Below are positions 1-9,728 of a stretch of 64,000 nt of DNA, in pieces. The translations under genes and the position numbers were made by a program. Position 1 is the first letter of the stretch. Every line of letters starts with the position of its first letter. The notes beneath the pieces are model-generated. The model was given only the letters and a program-made list of their open reading frames with translations, did no database searches and was not told where the DNA came from. The stretch comes from an uncultured Prevotella sp. (GTDB lineage: Bacteria; Bacteroidota; Bacteroidia; Bacteroidales; Bacteroidaceae): contig CAMVUM010000008.1 of NCBI GenBank assembly GCA_947170725.1, forward strand, positions 7,466-71,465, written 5' to 3'.

Positions 1-264
1 GTGTGCAAACTTACACATTTTTTTCGACTTATCGGTCTGTTTGACTGAAAAATGTGTGTGTAGGCATAATCTTTTGATATATTTGGAGGTGGGATATCCG
101 GGGAGTGGGATTTGTTTTGTTTAGGATGGATATTCGTCCGAGTAGCGTTGAGTTGGAACTTTGTTGTAGCGGATTGCATATTGGATTCATCGTAGGAAAT
201 GGTTTTCTCATGTGTGAAAATAAAAGTCTCGTGTTGGAAGATGGTTTTGTTTTATCATTCCAAA

Positions 265-345
265 TGTCGGATGAACCAAAACAATGTAGAGAGAGGAGCG
301 AGAATAGTTTTGTAGTTCATCCGACAAAGCTATTCCCGCTCCTCT
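265..345. other. Interleaved inverted repeats in A-B-A'-B' order, downstream of the GH2 gene
   Basis: A 265-276 TGTCGGATGAAC pairs perfectly with A' 315-326 GTTCATCCGACA. B 292-307 AGAGGAGCGAGAATAG pairs with B' 330-345 CTATTCCCGCTCCTCT (1 mismatch). B lies in the loop of the A/A' stem. Confidence 0.5.
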
Positions 346-388
346 TTCCACGTTTCCCGAAAAAACTCGGATTATCCTTGAATAAAGG

Positions 389-2797
389 CTATCTGATGCT
401 CTTTATATCTATTGTCTGCGTCAGCTTTCGCGTGGCGTCGGTCACCTTGAGCGTCATTGTGCCGGCTGTCTTCGTGCTGCGTACCACGACAACAAGCTGT
501 CCGCCGAAGAGTTTCATTTGCGGCTGGGTGAACGGTTCGAGCGATGTAGCGTCTCCGTTGCATGCCGCCTGATACGTACCCTCACCAGTGACCTCGAACG
601 TCAGCTGGTCGTCAGCCGTCGGACAGAGGTTGCCGTCCTTGTCAGCGAGTGAGACTGTGACGAAAGCCACGTCGTTGCCATCAGCTTTCAGCGCTTTTGC
701 TTCATCATCGGCATATTCGGCCGAGAGCTGGAGCTGGGCCGGAGCACCGGCTGTGCGTCTGCTGTCCTCACCTATTTTGTTGCCGTTCTTGTCGAACACG
801 ACAACGCGAATTTCGCCCGGTTCATATTTGACGTCGTTCCAACGCAGACGGTAGCGGTCCAGCCTTCCGTCCTTGTTCTTGCGCACGCGGCCATGACTTT
901 TGCCGTTGATGAAAAGTTCGCCCTCAACGCCGTCCGTATAGCAGTAGACGGGAGTAACCTTTCCCTTGCGCTCCGGCCATGTCCAGTGTGGCAGGAGGTG
1001 AACGGTGTGTTCCTTCGTATTCCACTTGCTGCGGTACAGATAATATCTGTCTTTGGGCAGACCGGCCAGGTCGCAGATTCCGAAATAGCTGCTGCGGCTG
1101 GGCCAATATTCGTCATACGGCGTCGGTTCGCCAAGATAGTCGTAGCCCGTCCAAACAAATTCGCCGATAACCTTGTCGTGGTCGTCCTGCCAGCGCCAGT
1201 CATCGTCGGGCAGATTGCTCCACGAGCAGTATTCCGTATCGTAGCCCGAGCACTGACCGTCGGGGTATGTCTTCTTGTTGGAGATTTCCACCGGGAATTT
1301 ATATACGCCGCGTGAACTTACTGTCGACGCCGTCTCAGAGCCGAGCAGAAAACCCTGTGGCAACTCCTTCAGGCCTTTTTCATACTTGTGAAGACGGTAG
1401 TTGAATCCCGGAACGTCCATCACCTGGGCAAACCCCGTCTTCATCGCGTTGTCCACACGGTCCATTCCCTGTGTCACCGTGCGTGACGGGTCGAGGCGGT
1501 GGCAGATGTCCTGAAGTCGACGGGCAATTTCCTTGCCGCCTTTCATTCCCTGTTCCGGAATCTCGTTGCCAATGCTCCACATGACGATAGAGGGATGGTT
1601 GCGGTGGTTCTTCACGAGATTTTCGATGTCGCGGCTGCTCCATTCGTCGAAGAAGCGGGCATATCCGTTCCTACACTTGGCATATTTCCACATGTCGAAG
1701 CTCTCGGCCATGACCATCATGCCAAGCGAGTCGCAGATGTCCATCTGCATTGTTGACGGCATGTTGTGGGCCGTTCGTATGGCGTCACATCCCATCGCTT
1801 TCATCATCTTTATCTGACGGATGAGTGCTGCCTTGTTAACTGCCGCTCCCAGCGGGCCGAGGTCGTGGTGGAGACAAACGCCCTTCAGTTTGCGTGTCTG
1901 TCCGTTGAGCTGGAAACCGCCGTCTTTCGTCACCGTCGTTGTGCGTATTCCGACGTTGGTCGTCTGTTGGTCAATCAGTTTGTTGTTGCGGAAAAGCTTT
2001 GTCACCAGTTTGTAGAGGTAGGGAGATTCCGGCGACCACAGTTTCGGTTTCCTTATGCTCATCACCGTTTCGATTTCTCCTGTTTCCGTCTGGCCGCAGT
2101 GGCTCTCGGCTACTATAAATCCCTTTTGGTCGTAAAGGGCAATGTTCACGCCGATATTTCCGTCCTTCAGATTGCCCGCCACCTTTGTGCTTACTTTCAT
2201 TTCGGCCGTCTTCTTGTCGGCGCGTGTCGTATAGGCAAATGTCTCGAAAGTCTCAAACCGTGCGTCGCCAGTCGTGATTAGCTTCACAGGACGGTAGATA
2301 CCCCCGCCGGGATACCACCGGCTGCTCTCCTCTACATTCTTCAGGTCTACCTCAACGAGGTTGTCACCCGCCTTTATGAACGGCGTGATGTCAACCTTGA
2401 AGGCGTTATATCCGTAGGCCCAGTAGCCTGCCCGTTGTCCGTTGACACTCACTGTCGGCTCACTCATTGCGCCGTCGAACACCAGTTCGGCATGTGCGCA
2501 TCCGGCCGGAATTGTAACCGTCGTCCGATAGTGGCCCTCACCAATCCATGGCAGGGCGCCCGAACGGCCCGATTTCTCCGTCTTCTCCTTTTCTCCGTTC
2601 TGCTCGATGGCCACGGTCTGGAGGTCCCATTTCTTGTCGAAAGGTCCGCTGATGGCCCAGTCATGGGGAACGGCCACGTTTTCCAATTGCGCCTTGTCAC
2701 GTGAAAACGCCCAGCCGTCGGCCAGTGTCGTTTCGTGACGCTGTGCCGCCGCCGATGCCGCTACCGACAGGGCGAACAATAAAAATCTGTTTCTCAT
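389..2797 (-). CDS. Glycoside hydrolase family 2 (beta-galactosidase/beta-glucuronidase-like), secreted
   Basis: 802-aa ORF. N-terminal signal peptide MRNRFLLFALSVAASAAAQ. GH2 TIM-barrel signature HPSIVMWSIGNEIPEQ (acid/base Glu). Length and domain order typical of Bacteroides GH2 enzymes. Confidence 0.85.
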   Translation of the reverse strand: MRNRFLLFALSVAASAAAQRHETTLADGWAFSRDKAQLENVAVPHDWAISGPFDKKWDLQTVAIEQNGEKEKTEKSGRSGALPWIGEGHYRTTVTIPAGCAHAELVFDGAMSEPTVSVNGQRAGYWAYGYNAFKVDITPFIKAGDNLVEVDLKNVEESSRWYPGGGIYRPVKLITTGDARFETFETFAYTTRADKKTAEMKVSTKVAGNLKDGNIGVNIALYDQKGFIVAESHCGQTETGEIETVMSIRKPKLWSPESPYLYKLVTKLFRNNKLIDQQTTNVGIRTTTVTKDGGFQLNGQTRKLKGVCLHHDLGPLGAAVNKAALIRQIKMMKAMGCDAIRTAHNMPSTMQMDICDSLGMMVMAESFDMWKYAKCRNGYARFFDEWSSRDIENLVKNHRNHPSIVMWSIGNEIPEQGMKGGKEIARRLQDICHRLDPSRTVTQGMDRVDNAMKTGFAQVMDVPGFNYRLHKYEKGLKELPQGFLLGSETASTVSSRGVYKFPVEISNKKTYPDGQCSGYDTEYCSWSNLPDDDWRWQDDHDKVIGEFVWTGYDYLGEPTPYDEYWPSRSSYFGICDLAGLPKDRYYLYRSKWNTKEHTVHLLPHWTWPERKGKVTPVYCYTDGVEGELFINGKSHGRVRKNKDGRLDRYRLRWNDVKYEPGEIRVVVFDKNGNKIGEDSRRTAGAPAQLQLSAEYADDEAKALKADGNDVAFVTVSLADKDGNLCPTADDQLTFEVTGEGTYQAACNGDATSLEPFTQPQMKLFGGQLVVVVRSTKTAGTMTLKVTDATRKLTQTIDIKSIR

Positions 2798-2906
2798 ATA
2801 GCTATATTATTTTAGTAGTCCTATTTATATATAATACAATGTGTAGCCTTGCCGCTATCGCATATTCCGTAGTTCGGTTTGCGGAGTGCCTGACGTTTGT
2901 TTTCTG

Positions 2907-2914
2907 CAAATGTA
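2907..2914 (-). promoter_or_regulatory. Bacteroidetes -7 promoter box (TACATTTG) upstream of the GH2 gene
   Basis: Exact TAnnTTTG match on the minus strand, about 110 nt upstream of the GH2 start. Confidence 0.35.
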
Positions 2915-3111
2915 CAATAAAAACATGAGATTTCGCTCCGGCGGCATGAAGAAAATGGTTTTTCTTCAGGTTCATCCCGGATTTTGAGTGATATGGGGTC
3001 ACTTGATTGATAAATGTCGCATGTTTTCCCCACTTCCCACTATTCCACCTTTCAACCGATAGAGACATGGGCTTGTCTTTTCCTTAAGGAAAATGTTTCT
3101 AATATGTCTTG

Positions 3112-4335
3112 TCACCGCAGTTTGTTACGGTTGTAGTGGGGCGTCACTTTCATGACAAAGAAGACGAGTGAAACGACGCATAGGACAGAGCCGGTGAGAT
3201 AGACCATGTAGAATGTGAAGTGCTGTGCTATCATTCCGCCTGTCGTCATGCCAATACCTATGCCGACGTCCCACGAGGTGAGATAGGTGCTTGTGGCTGT
3301 GGCGCGCTGGTTGTTGGGGGCAAGGTTGATGTAGAGAGAGTTCATTGCGGGGAACATAACGCCGAAGCCCACGCCGAGCATCAGCGGGACGAGGAAGAAG
3401 GTTGCCGTGCCCACGTCCGTGTTGTAGGCTGTTATGAATCGGCAGAGGCCGAGGAGAACGAAGGCTACGATGACGGGATAGTATCCGAAGTGGATGCACT
3501 GGGTGATATATCCGTGGTCGACCTTTTTTCCGGCCATGATTCTCGACACCCCCATGCCGGCAGCCATCATGGTGAAGAAGAAGCCTGTGGCGACATCTAT
3601 GCCAATTTCGCGGGCATACATGGCCACGAAGTTTGTCGTGGCACCGTAGGGTATGGACAGCAGAAGGAGCGATATGCTCACCGGTATGCCCTTGATGAGG
3701 AAGAAGCGGTCGAGTGACACTTTCGAAGTCTTTGTGTCACTGTTCTCCTGTCGGGTTTTCATTGACTCCGGAGTGCGCGTCCTGACAGCAATGGCGCAGC
3801 ACAATCCGACAATGCTCGCGACCATTCCGGCAGCGAAGATAAAGCGGTAGCTGACCTCGCCGTGGAGCATCAGGCCGGTCATTGGGCCGAGGGCCATAGC
3901 TATGTTGTTGGTCAGTCCGTAGTAGCCAAGTCCTTCGCCGCGTCGGCTGCTCGGCATGATGTCTACGCAGAGCGTGTTTCCGCCGACTGTCACGCCGCCG
4001 AAAGCCACTCCGTGGAGTGCGCGCAGGAGGATGAAGATCGCCAGGCTGACGTCGGATATATAGCCGGCGAACATGGCCACGCAGGTCACATAGCACGTGA
4101 TGTATATCGGTTTCCGTGAAACCCGGTCCATGAGAAAGCCAGAGAACGGACGCACGCATAGACAACTGATCGTATAGCAACTGAGAATGACGCCGATTAC
4201 TGATGTCGGACAGTCGTATGTCTCCTTCAGATAGAACGGCAGTACGGGTATGAGCAGCCAGAATCCGAAGAAAAACAGAAAGTTGGCTGCCAGAATGGAT
4301 ATGTAGCTTGGTGTGAAAAGACGTTCTTTCTTCAT
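3112..4335 (-). CDS. MFS transporter
   Basis: About 12 predicted hydrophobic helices. MFS loop motif GFLMDRVSRKP between TM2 and TM3. Start moved to the internal ATG (MKKERLF...) because the upstream extension lies in a structured intergenic region. Confidence 0.8.
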   Translation of the reverse strand: MKKERLFTPSYISILAANFLFFFGFWLLIPVLPFYLKETYDCPTSVIGVILSCYTISCLCVRPFSGFLMDRVSRKPIYITCYVTCVAMFAGYISDVSLAIFILLRALHGVAFGGVTVGGNTLCVDIMPSSRRGEGLGYYGLTNNIAMALGPMTGLMLHGEVSYRFIFAAGMVASIVGLCCAIAVRTRTPESMKTRQENSDTKTSKVSLDRFFLIKGIPVSISLLLLSIPYGATTNFVAMYAREIGIDVATGFFFTMMAAGMGVSRIMAGKKVDHGYITQCIHFGYYPVIVAFVLLGLCRFITAYNTDVGTATFFLVPLMLGVGFGVMFPAMNSLYINLAPNNQRATATSTYLTSWDVGIGIGMTTGGMIAQHFTFYMVYLTGSVLCVVSLVFFVMKVTPHYNRNKLR

Positions 4336-4412
4336 ATTGTCTCCTTTTGTTCGCGTCTTTTGGGTCGTTAGAGGAGTAAAAGGAGTTTTCGCTGGCAGAA
4401 CCAGCCCAGAAG

Positions 4413-4506
4413 TAAAAAACAATAGCAACATAAAGAGAATGTGCTTATATCCAGACGCATATTATATAAATATGACGCTGTTTTTAATTCTTTATGTTGC
4501 TATTGT
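4413..4506 (-). terminator. Long-stem terminator downstream of pheS, nested inside a second inverted repeat
   Basis: 17-bp perfect stem (4419-4435 / 4490-4506) followed on the minus strand by a run of six U. Outer 16-bp stem at 4366-4381 / 4507-4522. Confidence 0.5.
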
Positions 4507-4558
4507 CTTTTACTCCTCTAACTCCCCAAAAGAACTTACGGGGGCCACAAGGTATGGC

Positions 4559-5596
4559 TTATTTCGCAGATTCGAACTCCTTGAGGAAGCGGGTGTCGTT
4601 CTCGGAGAACATGCGCAGGTCGCTCACCTGATATTTCAGGTTCGTGATTCGCTCGACGCCCATACCGAAAGCATAGCCGCTATAGACCTTGCTGTCAATG
4701 CCGCACTGCTCCAGCACGTTCGGGTCTACCATTCCGCAACCGAGGATTTCAACCCATCCCGTGTGCTTGCAGAAACCGCAACCCTTGCCGCCGCAGATGT
4801 GGCAGGAGATGTCCATTTCCGCGCTCGGCTCTGTGAATGGGAAGTAGCTTGGGCGCAGACGTATCTTCGTGTCTGTTCCGAACATCTCGCGGGCGAACGA
4901 TAGGAGAACCTGCTTCAGATCAGTGAATGAGACATTCTTGTCGATATAGAGTCCTTCAACCTGATGGAAGAAGCAGTGGGCGCGTGCCGTGATGGCCTCG
5001 TTGCGGTAGACGCGGCCGGGGCAGATGATGCGTATGGGCGGCTGTGAAGTCTCCATTACGCGTGCCTGAACCGAGCTCGTGTGGCTGCGGAGCACCATGT
5101 TCTTCGTCACGTCGTCGGCGTTCTGCTCCACGAAGAATGTATCTTGCATGTCGCGGGCTGGATGGTCGGCGGCAAAGTTCATTTTTGTGAACACATGAAG
5201 GTCGTCCTCAACCTCCGGACCGTCAGCCAGAACGAAGCCCATGCGTGAGAAAATGTCTATGATTTCATTTTTCACGATGGTCAGAGGGTGGCGCGTTCCG
5301 AGTTTTATGGGGTAGGGGGTGCGTGTCAGATCCATACCGTCGGCCTCGCCGTCAGCCGTTTCAAACTGTTCCTTCAGGGCGCTGATCCGCTCCTGGGCTG
5401 TCTGCTTGAGTTCGTTTATCTTCATGCCGACCTCTTTTTTCTGGTCTGCCGGCACGTTGCGGAAGTCAGCCATGAGGGCTGTAATTTCGCCCTTCTTGCT
5501 CAGATATTTCAGTCTCAGAGCCTCAATTTCCTCAGCGTTTTGTGCGCTGAGATTTTTCACTTCTTCAAGAAGCTGTGCTATTTTGTCAAGTATCAT
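4559..5596 (-). CDS. pheS: Phenylalanine--tRNA ligase alpha subunit
   Basis: Class II aaRS motifs FTEPSAEMD and AFGMGVERI. Start set at MILDKIAQLLEE, just downstream of a -7 box. Confidence 0.92.
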   Translation of the reverse strand: MILDKIAQLLEEVKNLSAQNAEEIEALRLKYLSKKGEITALMADFRNVPADQKKEVGMKINELKQTAQERISALKEQFETADGEADGMDLTRTPYPIKLGTRHPLTIVKNEIIDIFSRMGFVLADGPEVEDDLHVFTKMNFAADHPARDMQDTFFVEQNADDVTKNMVLRSHTSSVQARVMETSQPPIRIICPGRVYRNEAITARAHCFFHQVEGLYIDKNVSFTDLKQVLLSFAREMFGTDTKIRLRPSYFPFTEPSAEMDISCHICGGKGCGFCKHTGWVEILGCGMVDPNVLEQCGIDSKVYSGYAFGMGVERITNLKYQVSDLRMFSENDTRFLKEFESAK

Positions 5597-5623
5597 CCTG
5601 CTGTGATTAATTAAATTCGTTGC

Positions 5624-5631
5624 AAAGTTAA
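5624..5631 (-). promoter_or_regulatory. -7 promoter box (TAACTTTG) for pheS
   Basis: Exact TAnnTTTG on the minus strand, 28 nt upstream of the pheS ATG. Confidence 0.45.
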
Positions 5632-5673
5632 TATTTTTGTACTTAAAATAGGTCATAAATCAAAATAAAGTTG

Positions 5674-5681
5674 TACTTTTG
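5674..5681 (+). promoter_or_regulatory. -7 promoter box (TACTTTTG) for the divergent lipoprotein gene
   Basis: Exact TAnnTTTG, 40 nt upstream of the ATG at 5721. Confidence 0.4.
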
Positions 5682-5720
5682 CGCAAATTTGAGAGGCGGA
5701 TACCATCCGATGACACTAAA

Positions 5721-6560
5721 ATGAACAGGTTTTTAACAGCGATTTTCGCATCTGTCCTGCTTATGTTCTCATGTAAGGGCAGCAGGATGGCGGGTGATGA
5801 CGGCGAAGCGCCGCCCGACTCGGTGGATAACGTTGAGGCCGTAGCCGCAGACACAATGGAACTGTTGATAGAAGAGACGCCGATGCCGAAAGCAGCCGAC
5901 GAGCTCTTCGATGATTTCTTATTCAATTTTGCAGCTAATCGGAAGTTGCAAACCGAACGTATTGTTTTTCCTCTTCCGGTTATCAATGGTGACAAGACGG
6001 AGCACATAGACAAGGAGAACTGGAAGACGGAACACTTCTTCATGCGTCAGGGTTACTACACGCTCATCTTCGACAGCCGGCGCCAGATGGATCTTGGCAA
6101 GGATACGGCTGTGAATCATGTGGTGGTGGAGAAAATCCATCTGGACATCAAAACGGTCAGACAATACTTCTTCGACCGCGTGAACGGACTTTGGATGATG
6201 CGCTCCATCAACATAATGCCTATATATAAGAATGAGAACGCCTCGTTCCTCAAGTTCTACCAGCATTTTGCCACGGACTCCACTTTCCAGATTGAAAGCC
6301 TTGACGAGACCGTCCAGTTTGTCGGCCCCGACCCCGACGACGATTTTGAACAGATGGAGGGTGTCATCACTCCGGACACATGGCCGGCTTTCGCTCCGGA
6401 GATGCCGGACCGGATGATATATAACATCAACTACGGAGAGAATCCGGGCAACAGCAACACCAAGATTTTCGTTATACGTGGAATATCCAACGGTTTGGAG
6501 ATGGAGATGACTTTCCGTCGCAAGGACGGCCGCTGGATGCTCACAAGACTGACCACCTGA
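5721..6560 (+). CDS. Lipoprotein of unknown function (resembles the Bacteroides DUF4348 family)
   Basis: Signal peptide plus lipobox (MNRFLTAIFASVLLMFSC). Globular remainder with no catalytic motif recognised. The family assignment is from memory only. Confidence 0.65.
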   Translation: MNRFLTAIFASVLLMFSCKGSRMAGDDGEAPPDSVDNVEAVAADTMELLIEETPMPKAADELFDDFLFNFAANRKLQTERIVFPLPVINGDKTEHIDKENWKTEHFFMRQGYYTLIFDSRRQMDLGKDTAVNHVVVEKIHLDIKTVRQYFFDRVNGLWMMRSINIMPIYKNENASFLKFYQHFATDSTFQIESLDETVQFVGPDPDDDFEQMEGVITPDTWPAFAPEMPDRMIYNINYGENPGNSNTKIFVIRGISNGLEMEMTFRRKDGRWMLTRLTT

Positions 6561-6580
6561 CCCGTGTCGGGTGGTTTTTT
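6553..6580 (+). terminator. Short GC hairpin plus T6 after the lipoprotein gene
   Basis: ACCCG-tgt-CGGGT stem followed by GGTTTTTT, overlapping the stop codon. Confidence 0.45.
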
Positions 6581-6689
6581 GATATATATTGGTGCTTTGA
6601 TGTATAAAGGAGTTCATTGATATATATGAACTGGTCCTTTAATATTATATAAATTGCTTTTAAAGATTTACCAAACAGCCGATAGCCGC

Positions 6690-7703
6690 ATGAAAGATAT
6701 TCAGAACTATGATCTCAGCCGTCACAATACGTTCGGCATCAACGCCAGCTGCCGCCGTTTCTTAGAGTTTTCTTCCGTCTGCGAACTGCAGGACATCGTC
6801 AGGTCGCTGACCGAGGCTGACAGCCCGCTGCTCATTCTCGGCGGCGGAAGCAATCTTCTGCTCACTGACGACTATGCCGGAACGGTTCTCCATTCGGCCA
6901 TCCGCGCCATTGAACCAACGGTGACGGCCGACGGAGTGCTGTTGCGTGTGGGCAGCGGAGAGGTTTGGGACGATCTCGTCGGGCTGTGTGTGGACCGCGG
7001 GTGGCATGGAGCCGAAAATCTCTCGCTCATTCCTGGTGAGGTGGGGGCGAGCGCCGTCCAGAACATCGGAGCCTATGGAGTGGAGGTGAAAGACCTTATA
7101 TATAAGGTGGAAGCCGTCGATCTGACTACCGGCGGGACCGTCTCGTTCAGCTGCGAAGACTGTCAGTATGCCTACCGTCAGAGCCGTTTCAAGCGCGATT
7201 GGGGCGGAAGATACGTGATTACGTACGTCACTTATCGCCTCAGCCGTATCTTCCGTCCCAATCTCGACTACGGAAACATCCGCGAGGAGCTGGAGCGCAA
7301 GGGAATCACCGCGCCAACGGCAGCGGAGCTCCGGCAAGTGATAATGGACATACGGCGCGCGAAACTGCCAGACCCGGAGGTGGAAGGTAACGCCGGCAGC
7401 TTCTTCATGAACCCCATAGTGACGCGCGACGTCTATGAAAGGCTGGCCGCGGAGTATGATGGCATGCCGCATTATACCGTGGACGCTGCCCACGAGAAAA
7501 TTCCGGCGGGCTGGATGATAGACCAGTGCGGATGGAAAGGACGGTCGCTTGGACGCGCCGGAGTCCACTCGCGTCAGGCTCTCGTGTTGGTCAACCGCGG
7601 CGGAGCAACTGGACGCGAGATTGTGGAGTTGTGTGAGGCGGTGCGCGGCGACGTGAAGAAGAAGTTTGGAATCGACATAGCACCTGAGGTCAACATCGTA
7701 TGA
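6690..7703 (+). CDS. murB: UDP-N-acetylenolpyruvoylglucosamine reductase
   Basis: FAD-binding GGGSNLL motif and C-terminal AGSFFMNP / GWMIDQCGWKG motifs typical of MurB. Confidence 0.92.
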   Translation: MKDIQNYDLSRHNTFGINASCRRFLEFSSVCELQDIVRSLTEADSPLLILGGGSNLLLTDDYAGTVLHSAIRAIEPTVTADGVLLRVGSGEVWDDLVGLCVDRGWHGAENLSLIPGEVGASAVQNIGAYGVEVKDLIYKVEAVDLTTGGTVSFSCEDCQYAYRQSRFKRDWGGRYVITYVTYRLSRIFRPNLDYGNIREELERKGITAPTAAELRQVIMDIRRAKLPDPEVEGNAGSFFMNPIVTRDVYERLAAEYDGMPHYTVDAAHEKIPAGWMIDQCGWKGRSLGRAGVHSRQALVLVNRGGATGREIVELCEAVRGDVKKKFGIDIAPEVNIV

Positions 7704-8461
7704 AGATAACCATGCTTGGAACCGGAACGAGCAGCGGTGTTCCCACGTTGGGCTGTTGCTGTGACGTATGTACGAGTCCCGATGTCCGCGACAAGCGTAT
7801 GCGCTGTTCCGCGATGGTCGAGACGGAATCAACACGCTTGCTCATCGACTGCGGGCCGGACTTCCGTCAACAGATGATGGGGCGCGAGTTCCGGCGCATT
7901 GACGGTATCCTTGTTACTCATGCCCATTACGACCACGTCGGCGGAATTGACGACGTGCGGCCTTATTGCAAGTTCGGCGACGTGGACATCTACGCCGACG
8001 CCCGTGCCGCAGCGTCATTGCAGCAGGCTCTTCCTTACTGTTTTGCGGTTGAGAAATATCCCAATATTCCTAATATATGTCTTAACACCATCGCTCCCCA
8101 TGTTCCGTTGCGTATCGGCGATATTGATGTCATGCCGATAGAAATCATGCACGGCCGGCTTCCGATATTGGGCTACCGTTTCGGTCGCTTCGCCTATATA
8201 ACCGACATGAAGTCCATAGGCGAAGCCGAACTGCCGTATCTTGCCGGCACTGATGTCCTTGTTGTCAACGCATTGCGCTTTGTGAAGGAGCACCATTCCC
8301 ACCAACTTGTCAGCGACGCCGTGGATTTTGCGCGTCGGGTGGGGGCGAGCCGCACGCTGCTGATTCATTCCAGCCACCACATTGGGCGGCATGAGGAGGT
8401 CTGCCGCATGTTGCCCGAGGGGGTGGAGATGGCCTACGACGGGCAGGTGCTGGAGGTGTGA
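7700..8461 (+). CDS. MBL-fold metallo-hydrolase (PhnP-like)
   Basis: HxHxDH motif (THAHYDHVGG). N-terminal Cys cluster GCCCDVC. ATGA overlap with the murB stop suggests translational coupling. Confidence 0.85.
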   Translation: MKITMLGTGTSSGVPTLGCCCDVCTSPDVRDKRMRCSAMVETESTRLLIDCGPDFRQQMMGREFRRIDGILVTHAHYDHVGGIDDVRPYCKFGDVDIYADARAAASLQQALPYCFAVEKYPNIPNICLNTIAPHVPLRIGDIDVMPIEIMHGRLPILGYRFGRFAYITDMKSIGEAELPYLAGTDVLVVNALRFVKEHHSHQLVSDAVDFARRVGASRTLLIHSSHHIGRHEEVCRMLPEGVEMAYDGQVLEV

Positions 8462-8862
8462 GGCTGGCGCTAAGTTACTTTGTGCTATGCCTGTTGTAAG
8501 GAAGTGGGCTATTTTTTTTGTTGGGGATGTTTTTGCGGCAGGACATATAATCGGCTCTGAGTGATGACATAGCTTTGCGATGTTTGTTGTATAACGACTG
8601 ATTATGTCAAAATGGCTAAGGCACGTCCCTTCAATTTCGTGATTCTGCAATACAATCATATCCATGAAAGAACTCTCTTTTTTATCTAAATTTTAGTAGC
8701 ATAAATATCGTGGCATATACATGCGAAATTCCTGAGAATCCAATTCGGTGAATTCTCACGATAGGTTTATGTAAATATTACTACGCAAAAACCTATGACA
8801 AATGGAAATCCCGTTTTTGAGCAGTCCTGCGGCTTGAAAAACGCTGCGAAACGGTGGGTGTT

Positions 8863-8973
8863 CTGCCGTAAGGGCTTCTCGGGATTGCGGCGGGGCCCTT
8901 ATGACAATGCAACGGCGGCTCCGTTGGAAGCTGAGAACGGCCCCATTGCAGACCCGGGAAGCCCTTGCGGCAG
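8863..8973. repeat. 111-nt rod-like palindromic element (CGTAAGGGC repeat family, copy A)
   Basis: Outer 16-bp stem CTGCCGTAAGGGCTTC / GAAGCCCTTGCGGCAG (1 G-U). Inner pair GGGGCC/GGCCCC. Apical hairpin CAACGG-cggct-CCGTTG at 8910-8926. Shares the strings GCCGTAAGGGC, CCTTATGAC, TGCAAC and CTCCGTTG with the reverse complement of 35299-35553. Confidence 0.6.
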
Positions 8974-9715
8974 GAAAAAAGGCATGTTTTTAGGCTTGGG
9001 GAACGGTTTTTGGGCGGTTTTGGATTGCACAGTTTTCGTATTTGTAGGATAACTTTCTTGCTGTCAGTGGTTTGTTTTTGCACATAGAATACTTAAGAAT
9101 TTGCGGCCGTCGGGATAATATTTTCAATAGTGGGGCATTTTTGTGGCGTTTTGAGGGCGTTTTTGAGATTTTTTGTCGGTTGTTTTCAGGAAAGAAATGG
9201 ATGGGTTAAAATATCGATGGTTATTTTGGAGTATGGTTAAGGAGATAATATTGTTTTGGTCTGTCGTTTTTTTGTCTGTTGGTGTAAAAGGTATCTGCCT
9301 ACGGATATTTCATTCAGAGAATGGAATGGCAAATGTAGCAAAGTTTCTTTATTTTTCTATTTATCCAGTTGTCCCTTTGTGGGGATTCACCATGATGTGT
9401 ATGTTCAGATGTATGCCGACAACCGATATTTCGGCTATACCACGGTGCTGTCCTGCTTTGATAATGACAAACGTTATATTAGAAAATGTTTCAGGCGGTC
9501 AAAAACGAGAACATACCTATATGGAATATTATTAGACGGAACCGGGAAAGGGAGTGGTTCGTGAACAGCCACGATTGCTGGATTTGCGGTACGGCGTTTA
9601 ATTAAATTTATGCTTTGGACTTACGGATTTGTTACACAAAGTGTGATTTTGGTTAAATAATGTTGTGAAATAGAAGTTTTTTTGTGAATTTTATTGCATA
9701 TTAAAATAATATTCT

Positions 9716-9723
9716 TAATTTTG
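9716..9723 (+). promoter_or_regulatory. Orphan -7 promoter box (TAATTTTG)
   Basis: Exact TAnnTTTG with no downstream ORF. It lies 44 nt upstream of an intrinsic terminator. Confidence 0.3.
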
Positions 9724-9728
9724 CAATG

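Noticed and set aside
105-572. 155-aa plus-strand ORF at the left edge
   Set aside because: Its 3' half is antisense to the GH2 gene and its 5' half covers the structured intergenic region. No coding features.
6762-7835. 357-aa minus-strand ORF
   Set aside because: It is antisense to murB and to the start of the MBL-fold gene. This is a shadow ORF with no recognisable domain.
8015-8665. 216-aa minus-strand ORF reaching into the desert
   Set aside because: Two thirds of it is antisense to the MBL-fold gene. The remainder has no coding character.
8793-9083. Overlapping 96-aa (-) and 85-aa (+) ORFs
   Set aside because: Both are read-throughs of the palindromic repeat element. Being open on both strands is a consequence of the palindrome, not of coding.
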